Below, in pieces: positions 1 to 12,465 of a stretch of DNA of 64,000 bases. The stretch covers positions 1,856,001-1,920,000 of the forward strand of contig OY970178.1 in the NCBI GenBank assembly GCA_963707915.1, given 5' to 3'. A program made the translations under genes and the position numbers. This stretch comes from Candidatus Eiseniibacteriota bacterium. Lineage in GTDB: Bacteria > Eisenbacteria > RBG-16-71-46. Positions within the stretch are counted from its first letter, which is position 1; every line of letters starts with the position of its first letter. Under the pieces are notes generated by a model. The model saw only the letters and a list, made by a program, of their open reading frames with translations. It had not been told where the DNA came from and searched no databases.

Positions 1-831
1 GATGCCCCGCCAGGCGCGGTCGCAGACCTCGAAGACCTCCTTCATCAGCGCCTGCGCCGGCCGGTTGCCCTCGCGCGTGACGGCGCGTGCGTACTGGTTC
101 TCCACGCCCGCGCGGCCCTCCTCGAGCGCCCGCACCGCGAGGTAGACGCCCTGCAGCAGGTCGACCGGTTCGAAGCCGGTCACCACGATCGGCACCCGGT
201 GGCGCGCGGCGATCGGCTCGTACTCGCGGGTGCCCATCACGGCGCAGACGTGCCCGGCGGCGAGGAAGCCCTGCACGCGGTTCGCCGGCGAGCCGAGGAT
301 GGCCTCCATCGCCGGCGGCACCAGCACGTGCGAACTGAGGATCGAGAAGTTCGCCAGGCCGAGCTTCGCCGCCTGCCAGACGGCCATGGCGTTGGCGGGC
401 GCGGTGGTCTCGAAGCCCACGGCGAAGAACACCACCTGGCGGTCGGGGTGCCGCTGCGCGAGCTTCACCGCGTCGAGCGGCGAGTAGACCATGCGCACGT
501 CGCCGCCGCGGGCCTTCACGCCCAGCAGGTCGCTGGTGCTGCCCGGCACGCGCAGCATGTCGCCGAACGACGTGAAGACGACCCCGGGGCGCCCGGCGAT
601 GGCGAGCGCGCGGTCGATCAGCTCGAGCGGGGTCACGCACACCGGGCAGCCGGGCCCGTGCACCAGCGTCAGGGACCCCGGCAGCAGGCGGTCCACGCCC
701 GACTTGACGAAGGTGTGGGTCTGCCCGCCGCAGATCTCCATCAGCGTCCACGGCCTCGTCACCGTGCGGCCGATCAGCGCGGCGTACCGGCCCGCGGCGT
801 CCGCGTCGCGGTACTCGTCGACGAACCGCAT
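1..831 (-). CDS. hypD: [NiFe]-hydrogenase maturation protein HypD (runs off the left edge)
   Basis: Manual translation: MRFVDEYRD...MEICGGQTH...GPGCPVC...FGDMLRVPG...GFETTAP...GHV, the HypD motifs; directly follows hypC. Confidence 0.95.
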   Translation of the reverse strand, partial: MRFVDEYRDADAAGRYAALIGRTVTRPWTLMEICGGQTHTFVKSGVDRLLPGSLTLVHGPGCPVCVTPLELIDRALAIAGRPGVVFTSFGDMLRVPGSTSDLLGVKARGGDVRMVYSPLDAVKLAQRHPDRQVVFFAVGFETTAPANAMAVWQAAKLGLANFSILSSHVLVPPAMEAILGSPANRVQGFLAAGHVCAVMGTREYEPIAARHRVPIVVTGFEPVDLLQGVYLAVRALEEGRAGVENQYARAVTREGNRPAQALMKEVFEVCDRAWRGI

Positions 832-833
832 GC

Positions 834-1172
834 TCAGCCCCGGCCGGGCGGCCGGGGCGTCCCGTCCGGCCGCCCGTCCGTGGCCGCCGGGCCCGGGTCG
901 ACCTCGGCGCCGGGTGCGCCGTCGCCCGCTTCCGCCGGGTCCGCCAGCTCACCCATCTGGCGCAGCAACTCGAAGGTCTCCTCGGCCTCGCGCTCGTCCA
1001 CGATGCTGATGGCGAAGCCCGCGTGCACGATCACGTAGTCGCCGGGCTTCGCCTCCGGCACGTAGGCGAGGCAGATCTCCTTGTTCACGCCGCCGAAGCT
1101 CACGTTCCCCATGGCCATGCCCAGGGCGTTCCCTTCGACCGTGAGCACCTTGCCCGGCACGCCGAGACACAC
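834..1172 (-). CDS. hypC: Hydrogenase maturation chaperone HypC/HupF
   Basis: GTG start, MCLGVPGKV...[13 protein letters not shown]; Pro/Gly-rich C-terminal tail. Confidence 0.93.
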   Translation of the reverse strand: MCLGVPGKVLTVEGNALGMAMGNVSFGGVNKEICLAYVPEAKPGDYVIVHAGFAISIVDEREAEETFELLRQMGELADPAEAGDGAPGAEVDPGPAATDGRPDGTPRPPGRG

Positions 1173-1174
1173 GT

Positions 1175-3520
1175 TCAGTCTCCTCCCTCGATCTCCAACT
1201 GCGCCGCGGCCACCACGGCCTGTCCCAGGCTCACGCCGCCGTCGTTCGGCGGCACGAGCGCGTGCAGCAGCACGGAGTGGCCCGCCCGCCCGAGCGCCGC
1301 GGCGAGCCGCTCGGTCAGCAGCCGGTTCTGGAAACACCCGCCCGAGAGCGCCACGCGCTGCTCGCCCACCGCCGCCGCGACCCCCACCGCCGCACGCACC
1401 AGGCCGTTGTGGAAGCGTGCCGCGATGGCGCCCCTCGGCACGCCGCGCCGCAGGTCCTCGAGCACGGCCTCCAGCATCGGCCTCCAGTCCAGCACGATGG
1501 GAGGACGCACCCCCGGGGAGGGCGCGCCGGGCGACGAGTCTACAGGATACGCGCCACGCTCCGCCGGGTCGGCCAGCCACTCGAGCGCCATGGCCGCCTC
1601 GCCCTCGAAAGTGGCCTTCGGATGCAGGCCCACGAGGGCCGCGACCCCGTCGAAGAGCCGGCCCATGCTGGTGGTGACCGGACAGTTGAGTCCGCGGTCC
1701 ATCATCCGGCCGATGACCTTGAGTTCGCCACCATCGAACATACCCGTGATTCCCGGACCGTGCTCGTCCAGCGCCACCCCCCCTCGGGCCTCCCACAGCA
1801 GGCCCAGGGCGGCCCTGCGCGGTTCCCTGACCGCCGCCTCGCCTCCGGGCAGCCGGAAGGGCCCCAGGTGGGCCACGCGCTCGAATCCGAAGGCATCGCC
1901 CAGCAGGAACTCCCCGCCCCAGACCGTCCCGTCGGTCCCGTAGCCGGTACCGTCCCAGGTCACCCCCAGGGCGCGGCCCTCGACACCGTTCTCGGCCAGG
2001 CACGAGGCGAGGTGGGCATGGTGGTGCTGGACCCCGATCCGGCGGGGCGCACCGGCGCCGGCGTCGGCCGCGCTCGACCGGGCCCAGCGGGTCGAGAGGT
2101 AGTCGGGATGCAGGTCGTGCGCGATGGCCACCGGCCGCACGTCGTAGAGCCGCTGGAAGTCGGCGATCACGCGCTCGAAGGCGCCCATGGCCTCCCCGGT
2201 CTCGAGGTCCCCGATGTGCTGGCTCAGGAACACCTGCCGGCCCACGGCCAGCGCCACAGTGTTCTTCAGGTGCGCCCCCACGGCGAGGATGACCGGCGAT
2301 TCGCGCCTCACCGTCACCGGCAGGGGGGCGAAACCGCGCGCCCGGCGCAGCAGCCGCATCCTCCCCGCCGCGATCCAGGCCACGCTGTCGTCCACGTGCC
2401 GCTCGATGGCGCGGTCGTGCACCAGGAACAGGTCGGCGATCGCGCCGAGCCTGCCCAGGGCCCGGTACTCGTTGGTGCAGATCGGCTCGTCGCTGAGGTT
2501 GCCGCTGGTGGCCACCACCGGGAAGCCGCAGGCGCGCAGCAGCAGGTGGTGGAGCGGCGTCGCCGGCAGCATCACGCCGAGGCACGGGTTGCCGGGCGCC
2601 ACCTCGTCGGCGACCGGCGCCGACGCCCGGCGCGGCAGCAGCAGGATGGGCGCCTCGACCGAGGCGAGGTGCCCGGCCGCGAGCTCCGAGACCTCGCACA
2701 GTTCGCGGGCCTGCTCGAGGTCGCGCACCATGAGGGCGAGCGGCTTGCCGAGACGCAGTTTCCGCTCGCGCAACCGCGCCACGGCGGTGCCGTCGCGCGC
2801 GTCGCACATGAGGTGGAACCCGCCCAGTCCCTTGACCGCCACGATGCGCCCCCGGGCCAGGGCCCGCGCGGCGGCGGCGATCGCCGTCTCGCGGCACGCG
2901 AGCGTGCGGCCGTCGCCGTCCCACAGCGCCAGGGCCGGGCCGCACGACGGGCAGGCGATGGGCTGCGCGTGGAAGCGGCGATCGCGCGGTTCCTGGTACT
3001 CGGCCCGGCACGCCGGGCAGAGGATGAAGCCGAGCATCGTGGTGTTGGGCCGGTCGTAGGGCAGTTCGCGCAGGATGGTGAAGCGCGGGCCGCAGTTCGT
3101 GCAGTTGGTGAACGCGTAGCCGTGGCGCCGTTCGGCCGGGTCGAGCACCTCGGCCAGGCAGTCCGGGCAGGTCGCCAGGTCCGGCAGCACGAGCGCGGTC
3201 TTCGCGCCGGTCTCGCTGCTGTGGCGGATCTCGAAGGCCGTGAACCCCGCCGGCGGCAGCCACGTCGCCTCGACCCCCTGCACCAGGGCGCGCGGCGGGC
3301 GCTCCGCGACGATCCGTTCGCGGAAGCGCTCCAGGGCCGCGCGTGGGCCGTCGACCTCGATGAAGACGCCGCGGGCGTCGTTCAGGACCCAGCCCGGCAG
3401 GGCCATCTCCCCGGCGAGGCGGAAGACGAAGGGACGGAACCCCACGCCCTGGACGGCCCCCCGGACCTCGAGCCGCAGGCGCTGTGGCGAAACCGGGTGC
3501 TGCTCGGGCGTGGCCTCCAC
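1175..3520 (-). CDS. hypF: Carbamoyltransferase HypF (start approximate)
   Basis: VQGVGFRPFV acylphosphatase domain, CxxC zinc fingers (CPDC, CTNCGPR, CPAC, CPSCGP), KGLGGFHL, QHHHAH, DGTGYG, PNDGG. Confidence 0.95.
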   Translation of the reverse strand: MEATPEQHPVSPQRLRLEVRGAVQGVGFRPFVFRLAGEMALPGWVLNDARGVFIEVDGPRAALERFRERIVAERPPRALVQGVEATWLPPAGFTAFEIRHSSETGAKTALVLPDLATCPDCLAEVLDPAERRHGYAFTNCTNCGPRFTILRELPYDRPNTTMLGFILCPACRAEYQEPRDRRFHAQPIACPSCGPALALWDGDGRTLACRETAIAAAARALARGRIVAVKGLGGFHLMCDARDGTAVARLRERKLRLGKPLALMVRDLEQARELCEVSELAAGHLASVEAPILLLPRRASAPVADEVAPGNPCLGVMLPATPLHHLLLRACGFPVVATSGNLSDEPICTNEYRALGRLGAIADLFLVHDRAIERHVDDSVAWIAAGRMRLLRRARGFAPLPVTVRRESPVILAVGAHLKNTVALAVGRQVFLSQHIGDLETGEAMGAFERVIADFQRLYDVRPVAIAHDLHPDYLSTRWARSSAADAGAGAPRRIGVQHHHAHLASCLAENGVEGRALGVTWDGTGYGTDGTVWGGEFLLGDAFGFERVAHLGPFRLPGGEAAVREPRRAALGLLWEARGGVALDEHGPGITGMFDGGELKVIGRMMDRGLNCPVTTSMGRLFDGVAALVGLHPKATFEGEAAMALEWLADPAERGAYPVDSSPGAPSPGVRPPIVLDWRPMLEAVLEDLRRGVPRGAIAARFHNGLVRAAVGVAAAVGEQRVALSGGCFQNRLLTERLAAALGRAGHSVLLHALVPPNDGGVSLGQAVVAAAQLEIEGGD

Positions 3521-3809
3521 CTCCTCTCGCGGGACCGCCCGGCGGACCGGGCGCGCATCCCCCGGACAGTAGACCACAGGGGCCGGGGGACACGCGAAAG
3601 TCCGTGCCAGGCGGGCACTGCCGCGAAGCGGCCGGGAGCCGGGCACGGGCCGGCGGCGGCGGGCTCTGCCGCCCGCTTGTGGGCCGCCGGAGCAGACGGT
3701 ACGTTTCCGGCGTCTTCGACCGCCGGTCACCGGCCGGCACGACATCCGAGACCCAGGGAACGATGGTCCGCCCGAACCCGGCCGGGCCCGCTCCACGACA
3801 GGAAGGCCC

Positions 3810-4967
3810 ATGCGCTACGGCATCTTCACCGGCGGCGGCGACGTCCCCGGGCTCAACTCCACGATCAAGGCAGCGGTCTACCGGGCGGCCGACGAGGGAC
3901 ACGAGGTCGTCGGCCTGCGGCGCGGCTGGGCGGGCCTGCTGAACCTGAACCCCGCCGATCCGCGGACCCAGGAGCAACTCGTCGTCCCGCTCAACCGGGC
4001 CAACACGCGCACCATCGACCGGAGCGGCGGCACGTTCCTGCACACTTCGCGCACCCACCCCGGCCGCGTGAGCCCCAAGGGCCTGCCCGACTTCCTCCGC
4101 GGCGACTACACCACGCCCGGCCCCGACGGCCTCTTCGACTGCACCCCCCACGTCCTGAAGGTGATCGAGCACCTCGGCCTCGACGGCCTGATCGCCATCG
4201 GCGGGGACGACACCCTCTCCTACGCCGTGCGGCTGCACCGCGAGGGCGTGCCCATCGTCTGCGTGCCCAAGACCATGGACAACGACGTCCACGGCACCGA
4301 CTACTGCATCGGGTTCTCGACCGCCGTCACGCGCAGCGTCGAGTTCATCCACTCGCTGCGCACCGCCGCCGGCTCGCACGAGCGCATCGCGGTGATCGAG
4401 CTGTTCGGGCGCTACTCGGGCGAGACCTCGCTCATCTCGGCCTACCTGGCCGGCGTGGACCGCGCGATCATCTCCGAGGTGGACTTCGACGTGGACAAGC
4501 TGGTGGAATTCCTGGTGGAGGACCGCCGGAACAACCCCAGCGCCTACGCCATCGTGACGATCTCCGAGGGCGCCAAGCCGATCGGCGGCGAGATGCACCT
4601 GAGCGGCGAGGCCGACGCCTACGGCCACAAGAAGCTCGGCGGCGTCGGGCTCTACCTCTCGGGCGAGATCGAGAAGCGCTCGGGCGTCAGCACGCTCTAC
4701 CAGCAGGTCGCCTACCTGATGCGCAGCGGCGAGCCCGACGCGCTCGACCGCATGGTCTCGACCACCTACGGCTACCTGGCCACCGACCTGCTCCTGAAGA
4801 AGCAGAGCGGACGGATGGTGGCGCTGCGCGACGGCAAGTACACGACCGTCTCGGCCAACGTCATCGCCGAGGGCCGCAAGCGCGTGGACGTGGACGAGCT
4901 CTACGACATCGAGCACTACCGGCCGAAGGTCGCGCACCTGCTCGGCAAGCCGATGTTCCTGTACTAG
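3810..4967 (+). CDS. pfkA: 6-phosphofructokinase, probably PPi-dependent
   Basis: [41 protein letters not shown]. Confidence 0.9.
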   Translation: MRYGIFTGGGDVPGLNSTIKAAVYRAADEGHEVVGLRRGWAGLLNLNPADPRTQEQLVVPLNRANTRTIDRSGGTFLHTSRTHPGRVSPKGLPDFLRGDYTTPGPDGLFDCTPHVLKVIEHLGLDGLIAIGGDDTLSYAVRLHREGVPIVCVPKTMDNDVHGTDYCIGFSTAVTRSVEFIHSLRTAAGSHERIAVIELFGRYSGETSLISAYLAGVDRAIISEVDFDVDKLVEFLVEDRRNNPSAYAIVTISEGAKPIGGEMHLSGEADAYGHKKLGGVGLYLSGEIEKRSGVSTLYQQVAYLMRSGEPDALDRMVSTTYGYLATDLLLKKQSGRMVALRDGKYTTVSANVIAEGRKRVDVDELYDIEHYRPKVAHLLGKPMFLY

Positions 4968-5070
4968 GCGGGCTCCCCGGGGGCCGCCGCGGGCACGGGC
5001 CGCGCGGCGGCCCGCATCGTGCACGGCGCCCCGCATCCTCCGGCGCGGTCGCCCGGCAAGGAGGCGAATC

Positions 5071-6777
5071 GTGGTCCGCTCCCTGGCGCTCGTCGCCCTG
5101 CTCGCCACCGGCCTCGCGCCGGCGCCGGGGGCACGCGCGGGCCCTGCCGCCGGGACCGGCGCCCCGGTCCTCGAGCGCGGCGTCGTCGCGGCCCCGGAAT
5201 CGGTGGCCTCCGAGGTGGGCGCGGCGGTCCTGCGCGCCGGGGGCAACGCCGTGGACGCGGCGGTCGCGGTCCATTTCGCGCTGGCCGTCACCTACCCGCG
5301 CGCCGGCAACCTGGGCGGCGGCGGGTTCATGCTGGTGCACACGGATTCGGGCGACGTCGCCATCGACTACCGCGAGACCGCGCCGGCCGCCGCCTCGCGC
5401 GACCTGTACCTCGACGCCTCCGGCGAGGTGGTCGCGCGACTGAGCCTCGACACGCACCGCGCGGCCGGTGTGCCCGGCTCGGTCGCCGGGATGTGGCTCG
5501 CCCACGCCCGCTTCGGCTCCCTGCCGTGGGCGCGGCTCCTGGCGCCCGCCATCCGGATCGCCGAACGGGGCTGGCGGATCGACGAACGGACCGCGGCGAC
5601 GTTCGCCGACCAGCGGCGCGATGGTTTCCGTGACTACTTCCACGGGACCGCGGGCGACCTCCTCGTCCAGCCCGAGCTCGCCGCCACGTTGCGCCGCATC
5701 GCGGCCCGCGGCCCCGACGGCTTCTACCGGGGCGAGACCGCCCGGCTCATCGTCGCGGAGATGGCGCGGGGCAACGGTCTCATCACGCTCGCGGACCTGG
5801 CCGCGTACCGGCCCGTGGTGCGCGCCCCCGTCGCCGGCACCTACCGCGGGCTGCGCGTGGTCTCGATGCCACCGCCCTCATCGGGTGGCGTGGCGCTGCT
5901 CGAGATGCTGAACCTGCTCGAGCGCTACGAGCCCGGGCGGCTGATGGCGGACCCGGACGGCACCGTGCACCCCCTCGCGCCCGGCTACGTGCATCTCGTC
6001 GCCGAGATCGAGAAGCGCGTCTTCGCGGACCGCGCCGAGTATCTCGGCGACCCGGACTTCGTCCCGGTGCCGGTCGAGTCGCTGATCTCGAAGGCCTACG
6101 CCGCGCGGCGGGCGACCGGGATCGCGCTCGAGCGCCGCACGGCCCCCGGCGCGGTCCGGCCGGGGCTCGCGGCGCACGAGAGCGAGCAGACCACCCACTT
6201 CTCGATCGTGGACCGGCACGGCAACGCGGTCGCGAACACCACCACGCTCAACGACTCGTACGGCTCGGGCATCGTGGTGCGCGGGGCGGGCTTCCTGCTC
6301 AACAACGAGATGGACGACTTCTCCGCCAGGCCCGGCGCGCCGAATCTCTACGGCGTGACCGGCGGCGAGGCCAACGCCATCGCCCCCGGCAAACGCATGC
6401 TCTCGTCGATGTGCCCCACGTTCGTGTACCGCGGCGACCGCCTCTGGCTGGTGCTCGGCACACCCGGTGGGCCCACGATCTTCACCACGGTCTTCCAGGT
6501 CATCGTGAACCGGGTGGACTTCGGCATGTCGCTGGAAGAGGCCGTCGCCGCCCCGCGCTTCCACCACCAGTGGCCACCGCGCGCGATGGACGCCGACCCC
6601 ATCGACTTCGAGCGCGGCAACGAACCGTACGCGGCGGCGCGGCGCACGCTCGAAGCGCTGGGCTACGTCATCCGGGCGCGGGGCCCGCTGGGCGACGTCC
6701 AGGCCATCGAGATCGCGGACGGCCGCGCCCGCGGCGCGAGCGACCCGCGGGGCACCGGGCGGGTGACCGCCGAATAG
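5071..6777 (+). CDS. ggt: Gamma-glutamyltransferase, exported
   Basis: Signal peptide, GGNAVDAAVA, IDYRE, TTHFSIVD autocleavage site, LNNEMDDF, KRMLSSM, DPRG; RBS AAGGAGG. Confidence 0.95.
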   Translation: MVRSLALVALLATGLAPAPGARAGPAAGTGAPVLERGVVAAPESVASEVGAAVLRAGGNAVDAAVAVHFALAVTYPRAGNLGGGGFMLVHTDSGDVAIDYRETAPAAASRDLYLDASGEVVARLSLDTHRAAGVPGSVAGMWLAHARFGSLPWARLLAPAIRIAERGWRIDERTAATFADQRRDGFRDYFHGTAGDLLVQPELAATLRRIAARGPDGFYRGETARLIVAEMARGNGLITLADLAAYRPVVRAPVAGTYRGLRVVSMPPPSSGGVALLEMLNLLERYEPGRLMADPDGTVHPLAPGYVHLVAEIEKRVFADRAEYLGDPDFVPVPVESLISKAYAARRATGIALERRTAPGAVRPGLAAHESEQTTHFSIVDRHGNAVANTTTLNDSYGSGIVVRGAGFLLNNEMDDFSARPGAPNLYGVTGGEANAIAPGKRMLSSMCPTFVYRGDRLWLVLGTPGGPTIFTTVFQVIVNRVDFGMSLEEAVAAPRFHHQWPPRAMDADPIDFERGNEPYAAARRTLEALGYVIRARGPLGDVQAIEIADGRARGASDPRGTGRVTAE

Positions 6778-6876
6778 CCGGGTCCCGGGAGCGCGAGGTT
6801 CACCTCGCCGACCCGCGGCGCCATGGCCGGGAGCCCGTCCGCTTCGCCGCCGGTCCACACGGGTGGCAGGACAGGC

Positions 6877-7512
6877 TCACGTTGCCTTCCTCCGGTCGGG
6901 GGCCTCGCGTTCGGTCCCGCGCAGCAGCGATTCCAGGGCCGACCAGACGCTGGTGGTCGTCCTCCGCGCGTCCGCCCGGCTCCCGCCCAGGTGGCCGAAG
7001 GCGAAGACGGCCCCCTGGACGAGCAGGGCCCCCTCGCGGGGTTCCAGGGGGCCCCGCAGCAGACCCCGCTCCCGGGCCTCCACCAGGCACGACTCGATGG
7101 TCTCCCGCGTCCGCCGCTTGAAGCCCCTCATCCGCTTCGCCCGGTCGGGCCCGCAAAGGTGGTCGAGCTGGTCCGAGAACAGCAATCGCGCCAGGTGGGG
7201 ATGCGCCGCGAGCACGGCCACCCTGTCCCGGAAGAAGGCGCCGAGCCGCCCGATGGGGTCCGCCTCGGCCGGCGGGACGACCGCGAAGAGCATCGCCTCC
7301 ATCCGCTCCACGACCGCGTCCGCGATGGCGTCCATGTTGGGGAAGTGCCGGAAGAGGGCACCGTCCGTGACGCCGACCTCGCGCGCCACGGCGAGGGCCG
7401 TGAAGCTCCGCGCACCCCGCCGGGCCATGACCCGCAGCGCCGCGTCGACGATCTCATCCCTGCGGACCGCGGTGGGCTTGCGGCGTCGTGGCGGCGGCGG
7501 GCTCGGTCCCAT
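6877..7512 (-). CDS. TetR/AcrR family transcriptional regulator
   Basis: N-terminal HTH RRDEIVDAA...VAREVGVTDGALFRHFPN. Confidence 0.88.
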   Translation of the reverse strand: MGPSPPPPRRRKPTAVRRDEIVDAALRVMARRGARSFTALAVAREVGVTDGALFRHFPNMDAIADAVVERMEAMLFAVVPPAEADPIGRLGAFFRDRVAVLAAHPHLARLLFSDQLDHLCGPDRAKRMRGFKRRTRETIESCLVEARERGLLRGPLEPREGALLVQGAVFAFGHLGGSRADARRTTTSVWSALESLLRGTEREAPDRRKAT

Positions 7513-7519
7513 GCCGCCC

Positions 7520-7548
7520 ACCCTACACAAGTAAGTGTTTACTTACAA
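7520..7548 (-). promoter_or_regulatory. Sigma70-like promoter of tetR overlapping palindromic operator GTAAGT-N4-ACTTAC (7531-7546)
   Basis: Minus strand TTGTAA-N17-TAGGGT, 7 nt before the ATG; AT-rich inverted repeat between divergent genes. Confidence 0.65.
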
Positions 7549-7632
7549 TCGCGCGCGTGGTATCCCTTCCGGACGCCGGCGGTGCGCTGGCCCCGGCACG
7601 CTCGGCCCGCACCCAACCCACAGGAGCCCCCG

Positions 7633-8580
7633 ATGAGCGAGACCTGGCAGAGCCTGCTGATGCGCGACCACGAGATCACCGAGAAGGTCTTCGCCGCCAT
7701 GGAGAAGCCCTTCGCCTCCGCCGCGGGGCCCCCACCCGGGCTGGTCGCCAGGTTCTTCGACTACGTCCACCACTACGTGGACCGCTGCCACAACCAGAAG
7801 GAGGAGCAGCACCTCTTCCCGCTCCTCGAGCAGCGCGGCATCTCACGCCAGAGCGGCCCGCTCGGCGTCATGCTGGCGGAGCACGAGGCGGCGCGCGGAC
7901 TGCTGGCCCGGCTCGAGCCGATGGTCCGGGCCTACGTGGCCGGCGACGCCACGGCACGCGAGGCCCTGTGCGCCACGTTCGGCGAGTACGTGGGGCTCTG
8001 CAAGGACCACTACTGGAAGGAGAACGACGTCCTCTTCCCGATGGCCGCGCGCGCGATGAGCGAGGCCGACGACGACGCGGTCGTGCGCGGCATCGGGCAG
8101 GTCGAGGCCGCGCTCGGCGCGAACACGCGGGCGGATTACTACCGGCTGGCGGAGGAGTTGATCCAGTCGGGCGGGTTGAAGGACCTCTCCTTCGGGATCG
8201 AGCGAGAGGTGCTCGCGGCCATCCTGAACACGCTGCCCGTCGAGCTATCCTTCGTGGACGCGGACGACACCGTTCGCTACTTCAGCCACGAGCAGGGCGA
8301 GAAGATCTTCCCGCGCACCCGCGGCGTGATCGGCGGGAAGGTACAGAACTGCCACCCGCAGAAGAGCGTGCACGTCGTGAACCAGATCCTGGCCGACTTC
8401 AAGGCCGGGAAGCGCGAGGTGGCGGAGTTCTGGCTGGAGCTGGGCCCGCGCTTCGTCCACATCCGCTACTGGCCGGTGCGCGACCCGGGCGGCCGCTACC
8501 TGGGCTGCCTCGAGACCGTGCAGGACGTCGCGTCCATCCGCGCTCTCACCGGGCGGAAGCTCCTGCTCGACCAGGGCTGA
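7633..8580 (+). CDS. Hemerythrin (HHE) + PAS domain protein (DUF438-like)
   Basis: H..HNQKEEQHLFP..EH..HYWKENDVLFP hemerythrin pattern; C-terminal ILNTLPVELSFVD...VQNCHP PAS; RBS CAGGAG. Confidence 0.85.
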   Translation: MSETWQSLLMRDHEITEKVFAAMEKPFASAAGPPPGLVARFFDYVHHYVDRCHNQKEEQHLFPLLEQRGISRQSGPLGVMLAEHEAARGLLARLEPMVRAYVAGDATAREALCATFGEYVGLCKDHYWKENDVLFPMAARAMSEADDDAVVRGIGQVEAALGANTRADYYRLAEELIQSGGLKDLSFGIEREVLAAILNTLPVELSFVDADDTVRYFSHEQGEKIFPRTRGVIGGKVQNCHPQKSVHVVNQILADFKAGKREVAEFWLELGPRFVHIRYWPVRDPGGRYLGCLETVQDVASIRALTGRKLLLDQG

Positions 8581-8610
8581 GGCGGGCGGGGTCCCGCGGG
8601 CTCGTCTCTC

Positions 8611-11031
<2,421 letters not shown>

Positions 11032-11161
11032 GTCGGGATCGGTCCGGTGCGGGACCCCGCGCCGGAGAAGGCGCGGCGGGAACGACGAGACCCCGGGGGG
11101 GCCATCCCACCCCCGGGGTCACGCGCGGGAAGCGAACCGCCGAAGCCGGCGGAGTGGATTC

Positions 11162-11236
11162 TGGCTCCTCGGGTAGGATTCGAACCTACAACCCTCCGGT
11201 TAACAGCCGGATGCTCTACCATTGAGCTACCGAGGA
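11162..11236 (-). tRNA. tRNA-Asn(GTT)
   Basis: Cloverleaf TCCTCGG...CCGGCTGTTAACCGG...GTTCGAATC...CCGAGGAGCCA. Confidence 0.97.
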
Positions 11237-11298
11237 ACGACATGGGCCCAGGGACCGGGAAGCCGCCCCGCGCCGCCTGAGTCGAAACGAGGCCAAGT

Positions 11299-11328
11299 AG
11301 TCTACTGAGCGGCGGCGTGCCGGGTCAA
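11299..11328 (-). promoter_or_regulatory. Sigma70 promoter of tRNA-Asn
   Basis: TTGACC-N18-TAGACT. Confidence 0.6.
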
Positions 11329-11413
11329 GCGGGCCCGCCGGACGGCCCGGACGGCCCCCGTCCGCCCGCCGTCCGCCTCTCCGTGCCGCCCTCACGGGGC
11401 GAGGCCCTCACCC

Positions 11414-12067
11414 TCAGGCACTCTTGCGCTTCTCCGGGCAGATGGCCGGGTAGTGTGCGACGCGGCAGTCGGGACAGATCCCGTGGGTGAAGTCCGCCTG
11501 GCTCATCCGGGCGACGTACTCCTCGAGGGTGTGCCAGCTCCCCTCCGCGTCCCGGACCTTGCGGCAGAAGGCGCAGATCGGCAGCAGCTCGTGGCTGAGG
11601 CGCTCGACCTCGCTGCGGGCGCTCTGCAGCTCTGCGTTCGCGACCCGCAGCTCCTCGACGGTGCCGCGCAGCTCCTGGGAGAGGAGCACGATGCGCAGGC
11701 CGGCGCGCACGCGCGCCATGAGCTCGCCCTGGTCGCAGGGCTTCACCAGGTAGTCGTCGGCCCCGGTGTCCAGCGCCAGCAGCTTGTTGCTGATCTCGCC
11801 CTTCGCGGTGAGCAGGATGAAGTAGGGCGCGGCCTCCCGGAGACCGGTCTTGACCGACTGGCACAGCTCGAGTCCGTCCACCTCGGGCATCATCCAGTCC
11901 GAGATGACGAGGTCGGGCTCGAAGGACACGATGGCCTTCATGCCCTCCCGCCCGTCGCCGGCGGCGTACACCTGGTAGCCCTCGGCCTGCAGGCGCTTGG
12001 TCAGCACCCGCTGGAAGAACGGGTCGTCCTCGCACACCAGGACCTTGATCTCCGCCGCGGCTTTCAC
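11414..12067 (-). CDS. Response regulator: receiver, coiled coil and Cys/His-rich C-terminal domain
   Basis: VLVCEDD...SDWMMP...DDYLVKP; tail ICAFCRKVRD...FTHGICPDC; GTGA overlap with upstream gene. Confidence 0.85.
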   Translation of the reverse strand: MKAAAEIKVLVCEDDPFFQRVLTKRLQAEGYQVYAAGDGREGMKAIVSFEPDLVISDWMMPEVDGLELCQSVKTGLREAAPYFILLTAKGEISNKLLALDTGADDYLVKPCDQGELMARVRAGLRIVLLSQELRGTVEELRVANAELQSARSEVERLSHELLPICAFCRKVRDAEGSWHTLEEYVARMSQADFTHGICPDCRVAHYPAICPEKRKSA

Positions 12068-12465
12068 GCGGCCTCCGGCAGGCAGGCCAGGACGCGCCGC
12101 ACGAACTCGGCGTGGTCCACGATCGGCTTCGCGACGTAGTCGTCGGCCCCGCTGTCGGCCATCAGCGACTCGGCGTCCCCGCGCATCGCGTGGGCGGTCG
12201 CCAGCACGACCGGGACGTGCGCCGTGACCGGGTCCCGCTTGAGCAGCTGGCAGATCTCCACGCCGGTGACGGCGCGGTTCTCCCAGCGCGAGTTGTTGAG
12301 GGAGACATCCATGATGACCAGGTCGACCGCGCCCGAGCGGCAGAGCCCGAGGATCTCCTCGACCGACTCGGTCAGCGTGACTTGGCAGCTGCAGCGCTTC
12401 TCGAGCAGCTTGCGGAAGAGCACCGCGCTGTGCGCATCGTCCTCGACCACCAGGACGCGCCTCAC
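12064..12465 (-). CDS. Single-domain response regulator (DivK/CheY-like)
   Basis: VLVVEDD...IMDVSL...TAHAMRGD...DDYVAKP; GTGA overlap. Confidence 0.85.
   Translation of the reverse strand: MRRVLVVEDDAHSAVLFRKLLEKRCSCQVTLTESVEEILGLCRSGAVDLVIMDVSLNNSRWENRAVTGVEICQLLKRDPVTAHVPVVLATAHAMRGDAESLMADSGADDYVAKPIVDHAEFVRRVLACLPEAA

Noticed and set aside
834..5443. Very long ORFs 834-5291(-) and 1262-5443(+)
   Set aside because: Shadow frames of hypF and pfk in high-GC DNA; only the last 112 residues of the minus ORF (hypC) are real
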